Below, piece after piece: positions 39,452 to 49,520 of a stretch of 64,000 nucleotides of DNA (the first letter of the stretch is position 1; every line of letters begins with the position of its first letter). The notes beneath the pieces are model-generated. The model was not told the origin of the DNA, ran no database searches, and saw nothing but the letters and a program-made list of their open reading frames with translations. Origin of the DNA: Candidatus Omnitrophota bacterium (GTDB lineage Bacteria; Omnitrophota; Gorgyraeia; JAZDFF01). A program made the position numbers and the translations under genes. The stretch is from positions 94,230 through 158,229 of the forward strand of contig JAZDFF010000001.1 in NCBI GenBank assembly GCA_043808095.1, given 5' to 3'.

Positions 39452-40240
39452 ATGATTATAGTCGGCGAACTCATAAATGGGATGTACAAAGAGGTAAGAG
39501 AGGCACTTGCCAAAAAGGATAAAAAGGTTATCCAGGATTTGGCTAAAAGACAGATTGAGGCAGGCGCCTCGATTTTAGATGTTAACTGCGGCCCGGCATC
39601 GCGCGATCCGATAGCCGATATGAAATGGTTAGTCGAGACCATTCAAGAGACAAACAATGTCTCGCTTTCCTTGGATAGCACCAAACCTGATGTGATTGAG
39701 GCAGGGCTAAAACTGGTTAAAAATAAGCCAATGATTAATTCAACCAGCGCAGACCCAGACAGATTAGAGGTATTGGTAGGGCTGGCCATAAAATATAAGG
39801 CCTTTTTAATTGGCCTCGCTTTAGATAAAAGGGGCGTGCCGCAAGATAAGGACAGGCGCCTGGAATTAGCTGCGCAAATTATCGGTTTTTGCCAGGAGAA
39901 AGGCTTTCCTACCGAGGATTTATATCTAGATCCGGTGGTTTTACCGGTCAATGTGGCCCAGACACAGCAGGTTTCTATGCTTGAGGCCTTACGGGAATTT
40001 AAGTTATTGTCTGACCCTGCCCCTAAAACCATTATTGGCTTAAGCAATGTTTCTCAAGGAGCAAAAGACCGCAGTATTATCAATCGTATATTTCTGGTGA
40101 TGTCTTTATCAAATGGCTTAGACGCAGCTATACTAGATCCCCTGGACAAAGCACTTATGGACTCTTTTATAACTGCCGAACTTATTTTAAACAAACAGAT
40201 TTATTGCGATTCTTATCTGGATGCCTATAAAAAGAGATGA
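39452..40240 (+). CDS. acsE: Methyltetrahydrofolate:corrinoid/iron-sulfur protein methyltransferase AcsE
   Basis: Pterin-binding domain, MIIVGELINGMYKEV...LDVNCGP, 262 aa. Confidence 0.8.
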   Translation: MIIVGELINGMYKEVREALAKKDKKVIQDLAKRQIEAGASILDVNCGPASRDPIADMKWLVETIQETNNVSLSLDSTKPDVIEAGLKLVKNKPMINSTSADPDRLEVLVGLAIKYKAFLIGLALDKRGVPQDKDRRLELAAQIIGFCQEKGFPTEDLYLDPVVLPVNVAQTQQVSMLEALREFKLLSDPAPKTIIGLSNVSQGAKDRSIINRIFLVMSLSNGLDAAILDPLDKALMDSFITAELILNKQIYCDSYLDAYKKR

Positions 40241-41111
40241 GGGAAAAATGGAGACAAAAAAAGACCGGTTATTCATAGTAATCTCGCTGCCGAAGCGAAT
40301 CACTTTTAAATTAGCCTCTTTGTTTATTTTATTTATCTTAATTATTATTAAACTGTATGATGTCTTTGCAAAGCCTAATCCGCAGGCAATGTCTAATGAG
40401 ATGTACCTTACTATAAGTATGATTCTTGTGATTTATCTGTGGATTGCTGAGAGCATCGATGTGCAGAAGTATCGCTTGGCTGAAAATGAACTGCTGAATG
40501 TCCAAAGGCGTATAAAAAATGAACATATAAATACCATTGCTTCATTGATTTTAGCCCAGGAAGCCAAAGACCCATATAACCGCGGTCATTCTATCAGGGT
40601 GACTCAATTTGCCATGCTTATGGGCAGGCGTTTAAGTTTATCGAGGGAAGAGTTAGAGGTATTGGAACGTGCAGCAATCTTGCATGATATCGGAAAAGTC
40701 GGTATAAGCGATACGCTCCTTAGCAAGGTAGAGAAGTTAACCAAAGAGGAGATGGATGAGATTAGAAGGCACGTGGTATTAAGCGATACCATACTAAAGC
40801 CCCTGCAATTTTTAAAAAATGAACGCGTACTGATTCGCCAACATCACGAGCACTATGATGGCATGGGTTATCCTGATAAATTAAAAGGCGAAGAGATTCT
40901 TCTTGGGGCGAGGATTTTGGCTGTCGCTGATTTTTACGATGCCGTCAGTTCTGACCGGCCATATCGTAATGCCCTTTCAAAGTTTGAGATTATCGGGGAA
41001 TTAAAGAAAAACAGGGGAAAACAATTCGACTCGAAATTAGCAGATATCCTGCTTGAGTTAATCGAGAGCGATGATGTCGGCCTAAGTCAGATTGTTGAGT
41101 CGGCAAGATAA
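40221..41111 (+). CDS. Membrane-anchored HD-GYP domain phosphodiesterase
   Basis: N-terminal TM segments; HD motif AILHDIGK and HHEHYDGMGYP; start may be internal MET at 40248. Confidence 0.8.
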   Translation: MPIKRDEGKMETKKDRLFIVISLPKRITFKLASLFILFILIIIKLYDVFAKPNPQAMSNEMYLTISMILVIYLWIAESIDVQKYRLAENELLNVQRRIKNEHINTIASLILAQEAKDPYNRGHSIRVTQFAMLMGRRLSLSREELEVLERAAILHDIGKVGISDTLLSKVEKLTKEEMDEIRRHVVLSDTILKPLQFLKNERVLIRQHHEHYDGMGYPDKLKGEEILLGARILAVADFYDAVSSDRPYRNALSKFEIIGELKKNRGKQFDSKLADILLELIESDDVGLSQIVESAR

Positions 41112-41139
41112 GGGTGTTATGAACAAAAGCGATTTTCTC

Positions 41140-41365
41140 GCTCAGGGTCGATTTTTTTCCCGCCGAATCGGGATCCCGCAAAATGCGGGAAACGCCAAAG
41201 TTCTTTCGCATTTTCGGTGGCTGCGGAACTCGCTCGAATAATCGCCAGGTTCATATTTGGAGAAGGAGGTAAAGAGGAGAAAGAGTTTAATGTGGCCTGT
41301 TTCCGCCTTGGGAGGGGGGAGCAATGAAGAATGTGGTTCGACAAGCTCACCACATAGAAGGTCGG
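41140..41365. repeat. Palindromic repeat cluster (GGGATCCCGCAAAATGCGGG; GTGGTTCGACAAGCTCACCAC)
   Basis: Family C and D modules. Confidence 0.65.
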
Positions 41366-41378
41366 CTGGGGTGATAAG

Positions 41379-41678
41379 ATGAAAAAGTGTCCTTATTGTG
41401 CTGAAGAAATACAGGATGATGCGATAAAGTGCAAGCATTGCGGTGAATTCTTAGAGAAAAAGCCGAAAGAGAAGTGGTATTTTAGGACCTCAACGATAAT
41501 AGTCGGTTTTTTATGCGTGGGGCCGTTGGTATTGCCAATGGTCTGGTTTAACCCGCGTTTAAGCAAGAGAAATAAGATAATTGTCAGTATAATTATTATA
41601 ATTTTAAGTTATTATTTAGGTAAGATATTTCTAAATTCTTTACAATCTATAAATAAATATTACCAACAGGTTTTTTAG
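41379..41678 (+). CDS. Zinc-ribbon membrane protein
   Basis: CPYC...CKHC zinc ribbon followed by two hydrophobic helices. Confidence 0.55.
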   Translation: MKKCPYCAEEIQDDAIKCKHCGEFLEKKPKEKWYFRTSTIIVGFLCVGPLVLPMVWFNPRLSKRNKIIVSIIIIILSYYLGKIFLNSLQSINKYYQQVF

Positions 41679-41705
41679 TAATTTTTAGGGGGAAAGTAAA
41701 ATTAC

Positions 41706-41779
41706 GGCGGCGTAGCTCAGCCTGGTAGAGCAAGCGGCTCATACCCGCTCGGCCAGTGGTTCAAATCCACTCGCCGTCA
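41706..41779 (+). tRNA. tRNA with CAT anticodon (elongator Met or Ile2)
   Basis: Cloverleaf GGCGGCG/CGCCGTC acceptor, anticodon loop CTCATAC, T-loop TTCAAAT; G1-C72 pair argues against initiator. Confidence 0.8.
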
Positions 41780-42002
41780 TTCTACTTCGTCAAAGTGTTT
41801 TCACCTTTGACTTCGTAGAAATATTAGGCGATGGTAGGTTCTGCGAAGCCCATACCATAGTTTTTATATTGAAGGGCGAAGCAGACCACTCGCCGTCACT
41901 CTATGATATTGCTCAGGGTGACAATCCTAAGCGACTGGTGACTAGTATTGTCGAATCAAGTCGAAGGGCGCCACCAGTGCCTGTAATTTAAAGGAGGTTT
42001 TT

Positions 42003-42215
42003 GTGGGCAACGGACAGAAAATTACAAAAAAAGGGAAGAACCTCATTTGTCAGTTCTGCGGGAATGATAATTTTCTAATCAGAAAAAGTCTTTTAAATAC
42101 TAGGGCTTTTACATTTTTCGAGTGGGATTGGGCCAATAGGTCAGCAGATAATTATATTTGCGACCGGTGTGGCTATATAATGTGGTTTTTTCCTCAAGAT
42201 AAACAACAAGCATAA
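42003..42215 (+). CDS. Small zinc-ribbon protein (GTG start)
   Basis: CQFCG...CDRCG double CxxC; RBS GGAGG upstream. Confidence 0.45.
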   Translation: MGNGQKITKKGKNLICQFCGNDNFLIRKSLLNTRAFTFFEWDWANRSADNYICDRCGYIMWFFPQDKQQA

Positions 42216-42242
42216 GATATTAATTCTAGGATTAGTTATATT

Positions 42243-42551
42243 ATGATTAATGTTGTTTTTGTCTTTTTAATAACCTTTCTCTTTTTATCAGGCTGTTTTC
42301 CTGCATCTGATAATATGTCCGACAAAGGCACAATAAATAAACAAATAAATATGCGAGAGACATATGATTCAGGAGGAGAACATTTGCAAGGAGAAGCACA
42401 GATCGATTATGCCGGAGACAAGGGAAGTTGGACGATGAATACAACCGCCCAAGATTATCATTATAGAGACGTTACAATTTTTGATGATGGCATGAAGGTT
42501 GATTCAGAAAGCATAGGTCTAGAGGAGATAAGCCGCAACGTCACTCATTAG
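42243..42551 (+). CDS. Small putative lipoprotein
   Basis: Signal peptide with lipobox-like LSGC. Confidence 0.45.
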   Translation: MINVVFVFLITFLFLSGCFPASDNMSDKGTINKQINMRETYDSGGEHLQGEAQIDYAGDKGSWTMNTTAQDYHYRDVTIFDDGMKVDSESIGLEEISRNVTH

Positions 42552-42708
42552 CAAAATAATTAGTTTTTTTACTCTCTTTATGTTAGAAAATTTAAACCAA
42601 TTTTTAGATTTAATAAACAAGGTTTTCAACCGCAGTGAGTCAAATAATCAGTTCCTTTAGATAGAATCCCCGTTCTCCTCGGATTCTTACCCGAAAATAA
42701 AACCACCC

Positions 42709-43749
42709 ATGTTAATCAAAAAGATACGGGAAATCATCAGGCGTTTTAAATTATTCGATTTTGGCGATAAAGTCTTGGTTGGGGTTTCCGGAGGCCCGGA
42801 CTCAGTTGCGCTTCTTTTTGTCCTCTGCCAACTGCGTTACGAATTCGGCCTGAATATCCATGTAGCGCATCTCGATCATGGATTAAGAAAATGCTCGAAA
42901 TTGGACGCAGAATTTGTAAAAAAACTGGCTAAAAAGCTCAATCTACCCATTACGGTCGCCAAGATTAAGGTAAGGAATTTAGCAAAAAATAGGTCTCTTG
43001 AAGAGGTAGCCAGAGAAGCTCGGCTAAATTATTTCTTTAAGGTGGCTAAAAAAATAAAGGCCGATAAAATCGCCCTCGGCCATAACAAAGATGATCAGGC
43101 TGAGACAGTGCTGATGCGTATTATCCGCGGAAGCGGTCTTGAGGGACTACGGGCAATACTTCCTAAAAGAACGATAAATGATTATACGGTTGTCAGGCCG
43201 TTAATTGAGGTATCAAGAAAAGAGATAGAAGGGTTTCTTAAAAAAAATAACCTAAAACCAAGAATAGATAAGACTAATTTTGAGACGGAGTTTTTTAGAA
43301 ATAAAATCAGGCATATCTTGATTCCTTATCTTAAGAGATTTAATCCCAATATCAAAGATGTTTTGTCTGATTTTGCGCAAAATGCAGGGGTTGATTACGA
43401 ATACCTAATTAATGGGGCAAGGGTTGCCTTAGGAAGGTCAAGGGTTCCTGCCTTGCTAGAAAGCAGGAAAGGTCCCCGCCGCAGGCGGGTCCGCCTACGG
43501 CGGAAAAGGTTTGAAGTCAATATAAAGTTAGACAAGTTCTTAAAATATCCCCTGGCGGTTCAGAGAATGGTGGTGCGCCTTGCGATTAGAGAATTAAAAA
43601 AAGATACAAGAAGAATTACCTACCAGCATTGGAGGGAAATAGAAGACTTAGTTTCAAATCGGCCGCTAAATTCAATCGTAAATCTTCCCGGTAAGATTGT
43701 GGTCTCAAAGTCTAAAGGCACCATTTCCGTTTTAGCGAAGCAGGCTTGA
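42709..43749 (+). CDS. tilS: tRNA(Ile)-lysidine synthetase TilS
   Basis: PP-loop VGVSGGPDSVALL; about 340 aa. Confidence 0.85.
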   Translation: MLIKKIREIIRRFKLFDFGDKVLVGVSGGPDSVALLFVLCQLRYEFGLNIHVAHLDHGLRKCSKLDAEFVKKLAKKLNLPITVAKIKVRNLAKNRSLEEVAREARLNYFFKVAKKIKADKIALGHNKDDQAETVLMRIIRGSGLEGLRAILPKRTINDYTVVRPLIEVSRKEIEGFLKKNNLKPRIDKTNFETEFFRNKIRHILIPYLKRFNPNIKDVLSDFAQNAGVDYEYLINGARVALGRSRVPALLESRKGPRRRRVRLRRKRFEVNIKLDKFLKYPLAVQRMVVRLAIRELKKDTRRITYQHWREIEDLVSNRPLNSIVNLPGKIVVSKSKGTISVLAKQA

Positions 43750-43818
43750 TTTTATCTAAAATTAGGATATAATAAAAATTCTAACCAAATTTAACGTATT
43801 CAAAAAAGGAGAGGTTTT

Positions 43819-45708
43819 ATGGCTATGGGTAATTTACCTAAGATGAAGAAACATCCCGGCTCAAAGAAGGCATTTGTTATCTATGCCTTGATTATCTTTG
43901 GGTTGCTGTATCTCGTATCATATTCTGATATGAATATTTCCAATCTTCCTAAAGAGATAACTTATAGTGAATTTTATAATTTACTGAAGGCAAACAAAAA
44001 CTCGCGCAAGATTACCGCAGTTACTTTAACCGAGAACGAAGTAAGGGGAGAATTTACTGACACCTCTAAATTCAGGCTCATTATCCCCAGTAACGACGAG
44101 CAGCTTTTAAGTTTGATGCGTGATAATGTTGCCAAATTTGAGGTTAAACCAGCCAGCACAATGCTTACTCAGGTGATTTCGTTTTTATGGCCGATGATAT
44201 TGTTATTCGGGATTTTTTGGTTTTTTTCATACCGTGGCTCACAGATCGGAGATAAGATCTGGTCTTTTGGTAAGGTCAGGCCTAAAAGTATTATTGAGGG
44301 AGAGAGCCAAAAAGTGACCTTTAATGATGTTGCCGGTGTTGACGAGGCCAAAGAGGAATTAAAAGAGGTTATTGAGTTTTTAAAGGATCCCAAGAAATTC
44401 CAAAAACTGGGCGGGAAAATCCCTAAAGGAGTTTTACTCGTTGGCCCGCCCGGATGCGGCAAGACCCTGATTGCCAAGGCAGTTGCCGGAGAGGCAGGGG
44501 TCCCTTTCTTCAATATCAGCGGTTCGGATTTTGTGGAGATGTTCGTAGGCGTGGGCGCGTCCCGGGTTCGCGATCTCTTTGAACAAGGAAGGCGTGCTGC
44601 CAAGGTTTCAGGAAAGGGCTGTATTATTTTTATTGATGAGATTGACGCGGTAGGGAGGTTACGTTTTTCCGGTATAGGCGGCGGCCATGACGAGCGAGAA
44701 CAGACCTTAAATGCCCTTTTAGTGGAAATGGATGGTTTTGATACCCAGCAGGGCACTATCTTAATTGCTGCCACTAACCGGCCTGATACCCTTGATCCGG
44801 CCTTGCTTCGGCCGGGAAGATTCGACCGTCATATAGTCATTGACCGTCCGGATATAATAGGACGAGAAGGTATCCTTAAAGTGCATACCCGTAAGATAAA
44901 ATTAGCTCCTGAGGTGAATTTAAAGTCTATTGCAAGACAGACGCCGGGATTTTCCGGAGCAGACCTGGCCAATCTTTGTAATGAGGCCGCGCTTTTGGCT
45001 GCCCGATACAATAAAGAAGCGGTAGGAAAGGAAGAATTAGAGGCTTCAATTGAAAGGGTTATCGCCGGACCGGAAAGAAAAAGCCGGGTTATTTCAAAGA
45101 AAGAGAAGGAAATCGTAGCTTATCATGAGTCGGGACATGCGCTTTTGGCTTTATTAAAGCCTGGAGCTGATCCGCTGCATAAGGTTTCGATTATTCCCCG
45201 GGGCGTTGCCGCTCTTGGCTATACCATGCAACTGCCTTTGCAGGATAGATATATTATGACCAAATCGGAGTTATTGGGAAGGCTAGTGGTTTTATTGGGA
45301 GGGCGCGCCTCGGAAGAGATTAATATTGGTGAGGTTACTACTGGCGCAGAAAATGACCTGGAAATGGCCACCATGGCGGCCAGGAGAATGGTATGTGAAT
45401 TCGGGATGAGTGAAAAACTCGGTCATATAACATTGGGAAGGCGGGATGGCCTGGTATTTTTAGGAAAAGACATAACGGAGGAGAGGAATTACAGCGATGC
45501 GACGGCCAAGGTTATTGATGAAGAGATCCGCCGTATTGTGGATAATGCCTATTTTGAGGCAAGAAAGTTATTAGAGGAAAATCAAGATAAAATGAAACTG
45601 CTGGCAGACACCCTTTTAGAAAGAGAAGTCTTAGACGGTGCTGAGGTAAGGCGGATCCTGGGATTTCCAGAACTTTCCAAAGAAGAGGACAAGCCAAAGC
45701 AGGTGTAA
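43819..45708 (+). CDS. ftsH: ATP-dependent zinc metalloprotease FtsH
   Basis: AAA+ Walker [17 protein letters not shown] zinc site, two N-terminal TM helices. Confidence 0.95.
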   Translation: MAMGNLPKMKKHPGSKKAFVIYALIIFGLLYLVSYSDMNISNLPKEITYSEFYNLLKANKNSRKITAVTLTENEVRGEFTDTSKFRLIIPSNDEQLLSLMRDNVAKFEVKPASTMLTQVISFLWPMILLFGIFWFFSYRGSQIGDKIWSFGKVRPKSIIEGESQKVTFNDVAGVDEAKEELKEVIEFLKDPKKFQKLGGKIPKGVLLVGPPGCGKTLIAKAVAGEAGVPFFNISGSDFVEMFVGVGASRVRDLFEQGRRAAKVSGKGCIIFIDEIDAVGRLRFSGIGGGHDEREQTLNALLVEMDGFDTQQGTILIAATNRPDTLDPALLRPGRFDRHIVIDRPDIIGREGILKVHTRKIKLAPEVNLKSIARQTPGFSGADLANLCNEAALLAARYNKEAVGKEELEASIERVIAGPERKSRVISKKEKEIVAYHESGHALLALLKPGADPLHKVSIIPRGVAALGYTMQLPLQDRYIMTKSELLGRLVVLLGGRASEEINIGEVTTGAENDLEMATMAARRMVCEFGMSEKLGHITLGRRDGLVFLGKDITEERNYSDATAKVIDEEIRRIVDNAYFEARKLLEENQDKMKLLADTLLEREVLDGAEVRRILGFPELSKEEDKPKQV

Positions 45709-45762
45709 TTATACCATATTGTAAATTCATTAATAATTACATTAATCATACCTATATTTAAT

Positions 45763-45880
45763 TGACACATTCGGCGACAAGCCCCAAGGCTTGACCTTGG
45801 GGACTTAAGAGCCGATGTGCCGAAGGCACAAAAGAAAAGCAAGGGTTTGTCGCTCTCAGTGTCAACACTGAGGATGCCCA
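45763..45880. repeat. Palindromic repeat (TTGACACATTCGGCGACAAGCC ... GTGTCAACACTGAGG)
   Basis: Left end matches 24183-24200; inverted-repeat arms GGCGACAAGCC / GGTTTGTCGC. Confidence 0.65.
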
Positions 45881-45936
45881 AGAAGAACTGAATATTCAGA
45901 AAACAAGCCCCGAGCAAGCCAAACGGGGTATACGAA

Positions 45937-47199
45937 GTGTTGACAGAGGATTATATGAATGTAAGGATGGTTTCTGCCGGAGATTTAGAAGAGGTAAAAA
46001 GACAGATGCGCGCCATTGGAGTCGATAAATACGGCATTCAGATTATGGCGCCTAAGTCGTGCATGCACCTTGTAAAGATAGAAGGCCTCTCTAATATTGC
46101 CGCAAATGTATTAAAACAGGAGATGCTCTCTCTTGGCGGAGATGTGGCGGTTTCTCGGGGGTCCTTAACCGGGGCAACCAAGAAAACAGATTGCCTGGTA
46201 ATCGGAAACGATATCCAGGTTAACCGCCTTAACGAAAAACTACGCATGCAGCCTTTTAAATTAGGAGAATTAGCCTGCCAGATTAAGGATGTATTGCATA
46301 ATTACGGCCGCGATAAATTCGTTGTTAAGACACGAAGGTTCACTTTAGATTTAAAGAAGCGGCCTATGATTATGGGTATTGTCAATTTGACTGATGATTC
46401 CTTTAGTGGTGACGGACTATTAAATAAAATCAAAAATCAAAAATCAAAAATCAAAATTGTTAATGAAGCAATAAGATTTACAGAAAAGATGGTTGAAGAT
46501 GGAGCAGATATCATCGATATTGGAGGAGAGTCAACTCGTCCGGGAGCCCGGCCAGTTCCTTTAAAAGAAGAATTAGCCAGGATTATTCCGGTTATAAAAC
46601 TTTTGGTTAAGCGTATCAAGGTGCCTATATCCGTCGATACTTACAAACCCGAAGTAGCAAAGCAGGCCTTGGATGCAGGCGCGAGTATTGTAAATGATAT
46701 TATGGGTACGGATTTAGACAATCGTATTGCTAAATTAGTAGCCAGCTTTGACGCGGCGCTCATTATTATGCATATCAAGGGCAGGCCACGGACTATGCAG
46801 AATAACCCGAAATATAAATCCTTAATGGCCGAGATAATTTTTGGCCTTAAAGGTTCAATTGATAAAGCCCTTAAGCTGGGAGTGAACTCGTCTAATATTA
46901 TTATTGACCCGGGCATAGGTTTCGGAAAGACCTCAGGGCATAATCTTTTTATCCTAAAACATTTATCGGAATTAAAGAGCCTGGGTTATCCTATATTGGT
47001 CGGCCCGAGCAGAAAGTCATTTATCGGCAAGGTCTTGGGCGGTGTGCCTGCACACAATAGATTAATGGGTACAGCTGCAGCCTGCGCCTTGGCAGTAGCC
47101 AATGGGGCAAATATCCTGCGCGTCCATGATGTCAAAGAGGTCAAACAGGTTATAAAATTAACGCAAGCCATAAGAGGGGCAAAAAATGCAGCTGATTAA
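45937..47199 (+). CDS. folP: Dihydropteroate synthase with N-terminal extension domain
   Basis: Pterin-binding DHPS core (IMGIVNLTDDSFSGDG, GADIIDIGGESTRPG, DPGIGFGK); roughly 140-aa N-terminal extra domain. Confidence 0.85.
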   Translation: MLTEDYMNVRMVSAGDLEEVKRQMRAIGVDKYGIQIMAPKSCMHLVKIEGLSNIAANVLKQEMLSLGGDVAVSRGSLTGATKKTDCLVIGNDIQVNRLNEKLRMQPFKLGELACQIKDVLHNYGRDKFVVKTRRFTLDLKKRPMIMGIVNLTDDSFSGDGLLNKIKNQKSKIKIVNEAIRFTEKMVEDGADIIDIGGESTRPGARPVPLKEELARIIPVIKLLVKRIKVPISVDTYKPEVAKQALDAGASIVNDIMGTDLDNRIAKLVASFDAALIIMHIKGRPRTMQNNPKYKSLMAEIIFGLKGSIDKALKLGVNSSNIIIDPGIGFGKTSGHNLFILKHLSELKSLGYPILVGPSRKSFIGKVLGGVPAHNRLMGTAAACALAVANGANILRVHDVKEVKQVIKLTQAIRGAKNAAD

Positions 47200-47971
47200 T
47201 TTGGCGTTAATTGCCTGGAAACCCATTGTAGAAATTTCTATATTGTGGTTTATTTTTTATCGGATAATGCTCTTCTTTGAAGGCTCGCGCGCTTTTCAGG
47301 TCGTAAAAGGGATCAGCGTTTTAATTATTGCTTTTCTTGTCTTTCGAATCTTTGACCTGTATACCCTTAATTGGTTGCTCGCCAAACTCTTTGGTATTTG
47401 GTTAATCGGTGTTTTGATTATTTTTCAGCCGGAATTAAGACATGGCCTGGCCAGGCTTGGAGAAAGGCATTTATTAAGCAGTACTTACCGCCAGGAAAAT
47501 CTGGATATAGTGTTTAAAGAGATAGCCTCTGCCGCTATTACCTTATCCTACAAAAAAATCGGGGCTTTAATTGCCTTTGAGAGAGAATCGCGCCTTAAGA
47601 GTTTTGTTGAAAGCGGCGTGCTGTTAGATAGCAGGGTTTCGACTGAAATCATTGAGTCAATATTTATTACGACAAGCCCATTACACGACGGAGGAGTAAT
47701 TATTCAGTCTGGCAGGATCGTTGCGGCAAGTTGTCTTTTTCCGCTTTCTCATAAACCAGAATTGCCTTTGCAATATGGAATGCGGCACCGCGCGGCAATT
47801 GGCCTGACCGAGGAGACGGATGCTGCGGTAGTGATAGTTTCTGAAGAGACAGGACGCATCTCTTTGGTTTCTAACGGAGAGTTTACTAATATTACTGACA
47901 AAGAAGAGTTGGTTAAAAGGTTAAAGGCGCTTTTTAAAAAACAAAAAAGCAATGAAGACTCTATCCTCTAA
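47186..47971 (+). CDS. cdaA: Diadenylate cyclase CdaA (c-di-AMP synthase)
   Basis: 3 N-terminal TM helices plus DAC domain (HDGGVII, RHRAAIGLTEETDAAVVIVSEETG). Confidence 0.9.
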   Translation: MQLINLALIAWKPIVEISILWFIFYRIMLFFEGSRAFQVVKGISVLIIAFLVFRIFDLYTLNWLLAKLFGIWLIGVLIIFQPELRHGLARLGERHLLSSTYRQENLDIVFKEIASAAITLSYKKIGALIAFERESRLKSFVESGVLLDSRVSTEIIESIFITTSPLHDGGVIIQSGRIVAASCLFPLSHKPELPLQYGMRHRAAIGLTEETDAAVVIVSEETGRISLVSNGEFTNITDKEELVKRLKALFKKQKSNEDSIL

Positions 47972-48056
47972 TTTTTGGCTTAAGATTATTTCTTTGGTTT
48001 TGGCAATTATTACCTGGCTTTATGTAAACTTCGAATTGATGCATCGCGGGATTTAA
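47952..48056 (+). pseudogene. 34-codon stub resembling the N-terminus of CdaR/YbbR
   Basis: ATG at 47952 gives MKTLSSNFWLKIISLVLAIITWLYVNFELMHRGI then stop; resembles the CdaR N-terminal TM helix; followed directly by repeat modules. Confidence 0.45.
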
Positions 48057-48362
48057 CAATAATCCTCTGTGGAATAAATAATGATTGCATGTTCCACAGA
48101 TGGACACAGAATTACTTAAATAAGGTAATTAGGTGATCGGGGTATTGGTTTTGGATATTGGGGTATTGGGATATCAGGGATTTTGTCACTAATCCCCAAT
48201 TATCCTAATCACCAAATCCTAATCTCCTAATTTCCTATTCTCCATTTTTATCTGTGCTAGTCTTGTATCTTCTAATCTGTGCTAATGGTTCGACTTCGCT
48301 CTGGTTCGACAAACTCACCATTCGCCCTGAGCGAACGAAGTGAGTCGAAGGGCTAATCTGTG
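48057..48362. repeat. Palindromic repeat cluster (GGGTATTGG hairpins, ATCTGTGCTA modules, family D)
   Basis: 48287-48362 GGTTCGACTTCGCTCTGGTTCGACAAACTCACC...CGAAGGGCT matches 24183-24310. Confidence 0.75.
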
Positions 48363-48383
48363 TTTAATAATACCTTTATTTAG

Positions 48384-49118
48384 TTGACAATGCTCAATAA
48401 GATAAAACTAGGTGTAAATATCGACCATGTTGCTACTCTAAGGCAGGCACGTTTGGGAAGCCAGCCAAATTTGATAAAGGCAGCCAAGGTGGCGGAGTCT
48501 TCCGGCGCAGATGGTATTGTTGTGCATCTAAGAGAGGACAGGCGCCATATTCAAGATAGTGATGTTGTAGCACTACGCAGAAAATTGAAGTCAAAATTTA
48601 ATTTAGAGATGTCTGTAAATGCGGATATTGTGGCGGTGGCGCTTTCCGTCAAGCCGGATATGTCAACATTGGTGCCGGAAAAACGTCAGGAATTAACTAC
48701 GGAAGGCGGACTTGACGTTGTAGGAAATTTTGGAAAAATTAAAAGAGTAGTAAAAACCCTTTCTTTAAAAGGCATAGAGGTCAGCTTGTTTATTGACCCC
48801 CAAAAAAATCAAATCGAGGCCGCAAAAAATACGGGCGCCGGTACTATCGAATTGCATACCGGCCGCTATGCTGATGCAAGAAACAAAAAATCAAGAGCCA
48901 GATATCTAGGTCAGCTTAAGGATGCGGCTATTTACGCTCATAATATTGGCCTTCGGGTCAATGCCGGGCATGGCCTGGATTATGAAAATGTGGTTCCTGC
49001 GGCACAGCTTCCATATATCGAGGAGTTAAATATAGGGTATTCTATAATTTGCCGCGCGGTATTCGTAGGATTGGGTGAGGCAGTCAGAGAGATGAAGTCA
49101 TTGATTAATTCTTATTAA
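48384..49118 (+). CDS. pdxJ: Pyridoxine 5'-phosphate synthase PdxJ
   Basis: LGVNIDHVATLRQAR, VHLREDRRHI motifs. Confidence 0.9.
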   Translation: MTMLNKIKLGVNIDHVATLRQARLGSQPNLIKAAKVAESSGADGIVVHLREDRRHIQDSDVVALRRKLKSKFNLEMSVNADIVAVALSVKPDMSTLVPEKRQELTTEGGLDVVGNFGKIKRVVKTLSLKGIEVSLFIDPQKNQIEAAKNTGAGTIELHTGRYADARNKKSRARYLGQLKDAAIYAHNIGLRVNAGHGLDYENVVPAAQLPYIEELNIGYSIICRAVFVGLGEAVREMKSLINSY

Positions 49119-49151
49119 AAATTATTTTTAAATGGTGGAAAGATAATATTA

Positions 49152-49520
49152 TTGGTATTTAAAATGATTATCGGAACAGGGGTAGATATAACTGAGGTAA
49201 AGAGATTGCGCCAGGCAGTAGAAAGATGGGGAAAGAGTTTTTTGCATCGCGTCTTTACCCAAGAGGAATTAGAAAATGCTAAGAGCCGAGGCAGTTTATA
49301 TCAGCACCTGGCTGGGAGATTTGCCGCGAAAGAGGCGGTGTTTAAGGCATTAGGTGATAAGGGATTAAACTGGAAGGATGTCCAGATTTTAAATGATCAA
49401 GAAGGCAAGCCCTGCTGTCAGATTCTAAACGGAAGAAACAAAAAAATAGATATCCATATCTCTATTTCTCATGTAAAAAATTATGCGGTTGCCAGCGCGG
49501 TTATTGAAAAGAAGGCTTAA
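49152..49520 (+). CDS. acpS: Holo-[acyl-carrier-protein] synthase AcpS
   Basis: 122 aa; IIGTGVDITEV, FAAKEAVFKALG, ISISH motifs. Confidence 0.85.
   Translation: MVFKMIIGTGVDITEVKRLRQAVERWGKSFLHRVFTQEELENAKSRGSLYQHLAGRFAAKEAVFKALGDKGLNWKDVQILNDQEGKPCCQILNGRNKKIDIHISISHVKNYAVASAVIEKKA

Noticed and set aside
41706-42551. Integrated prophage or ICE at tRNA(CAT)
   Set aside because: Only a 13-nt duplication of the tRNA 3' end is present, with no integrase, recombinase or phage genes nearby; at most a scar.
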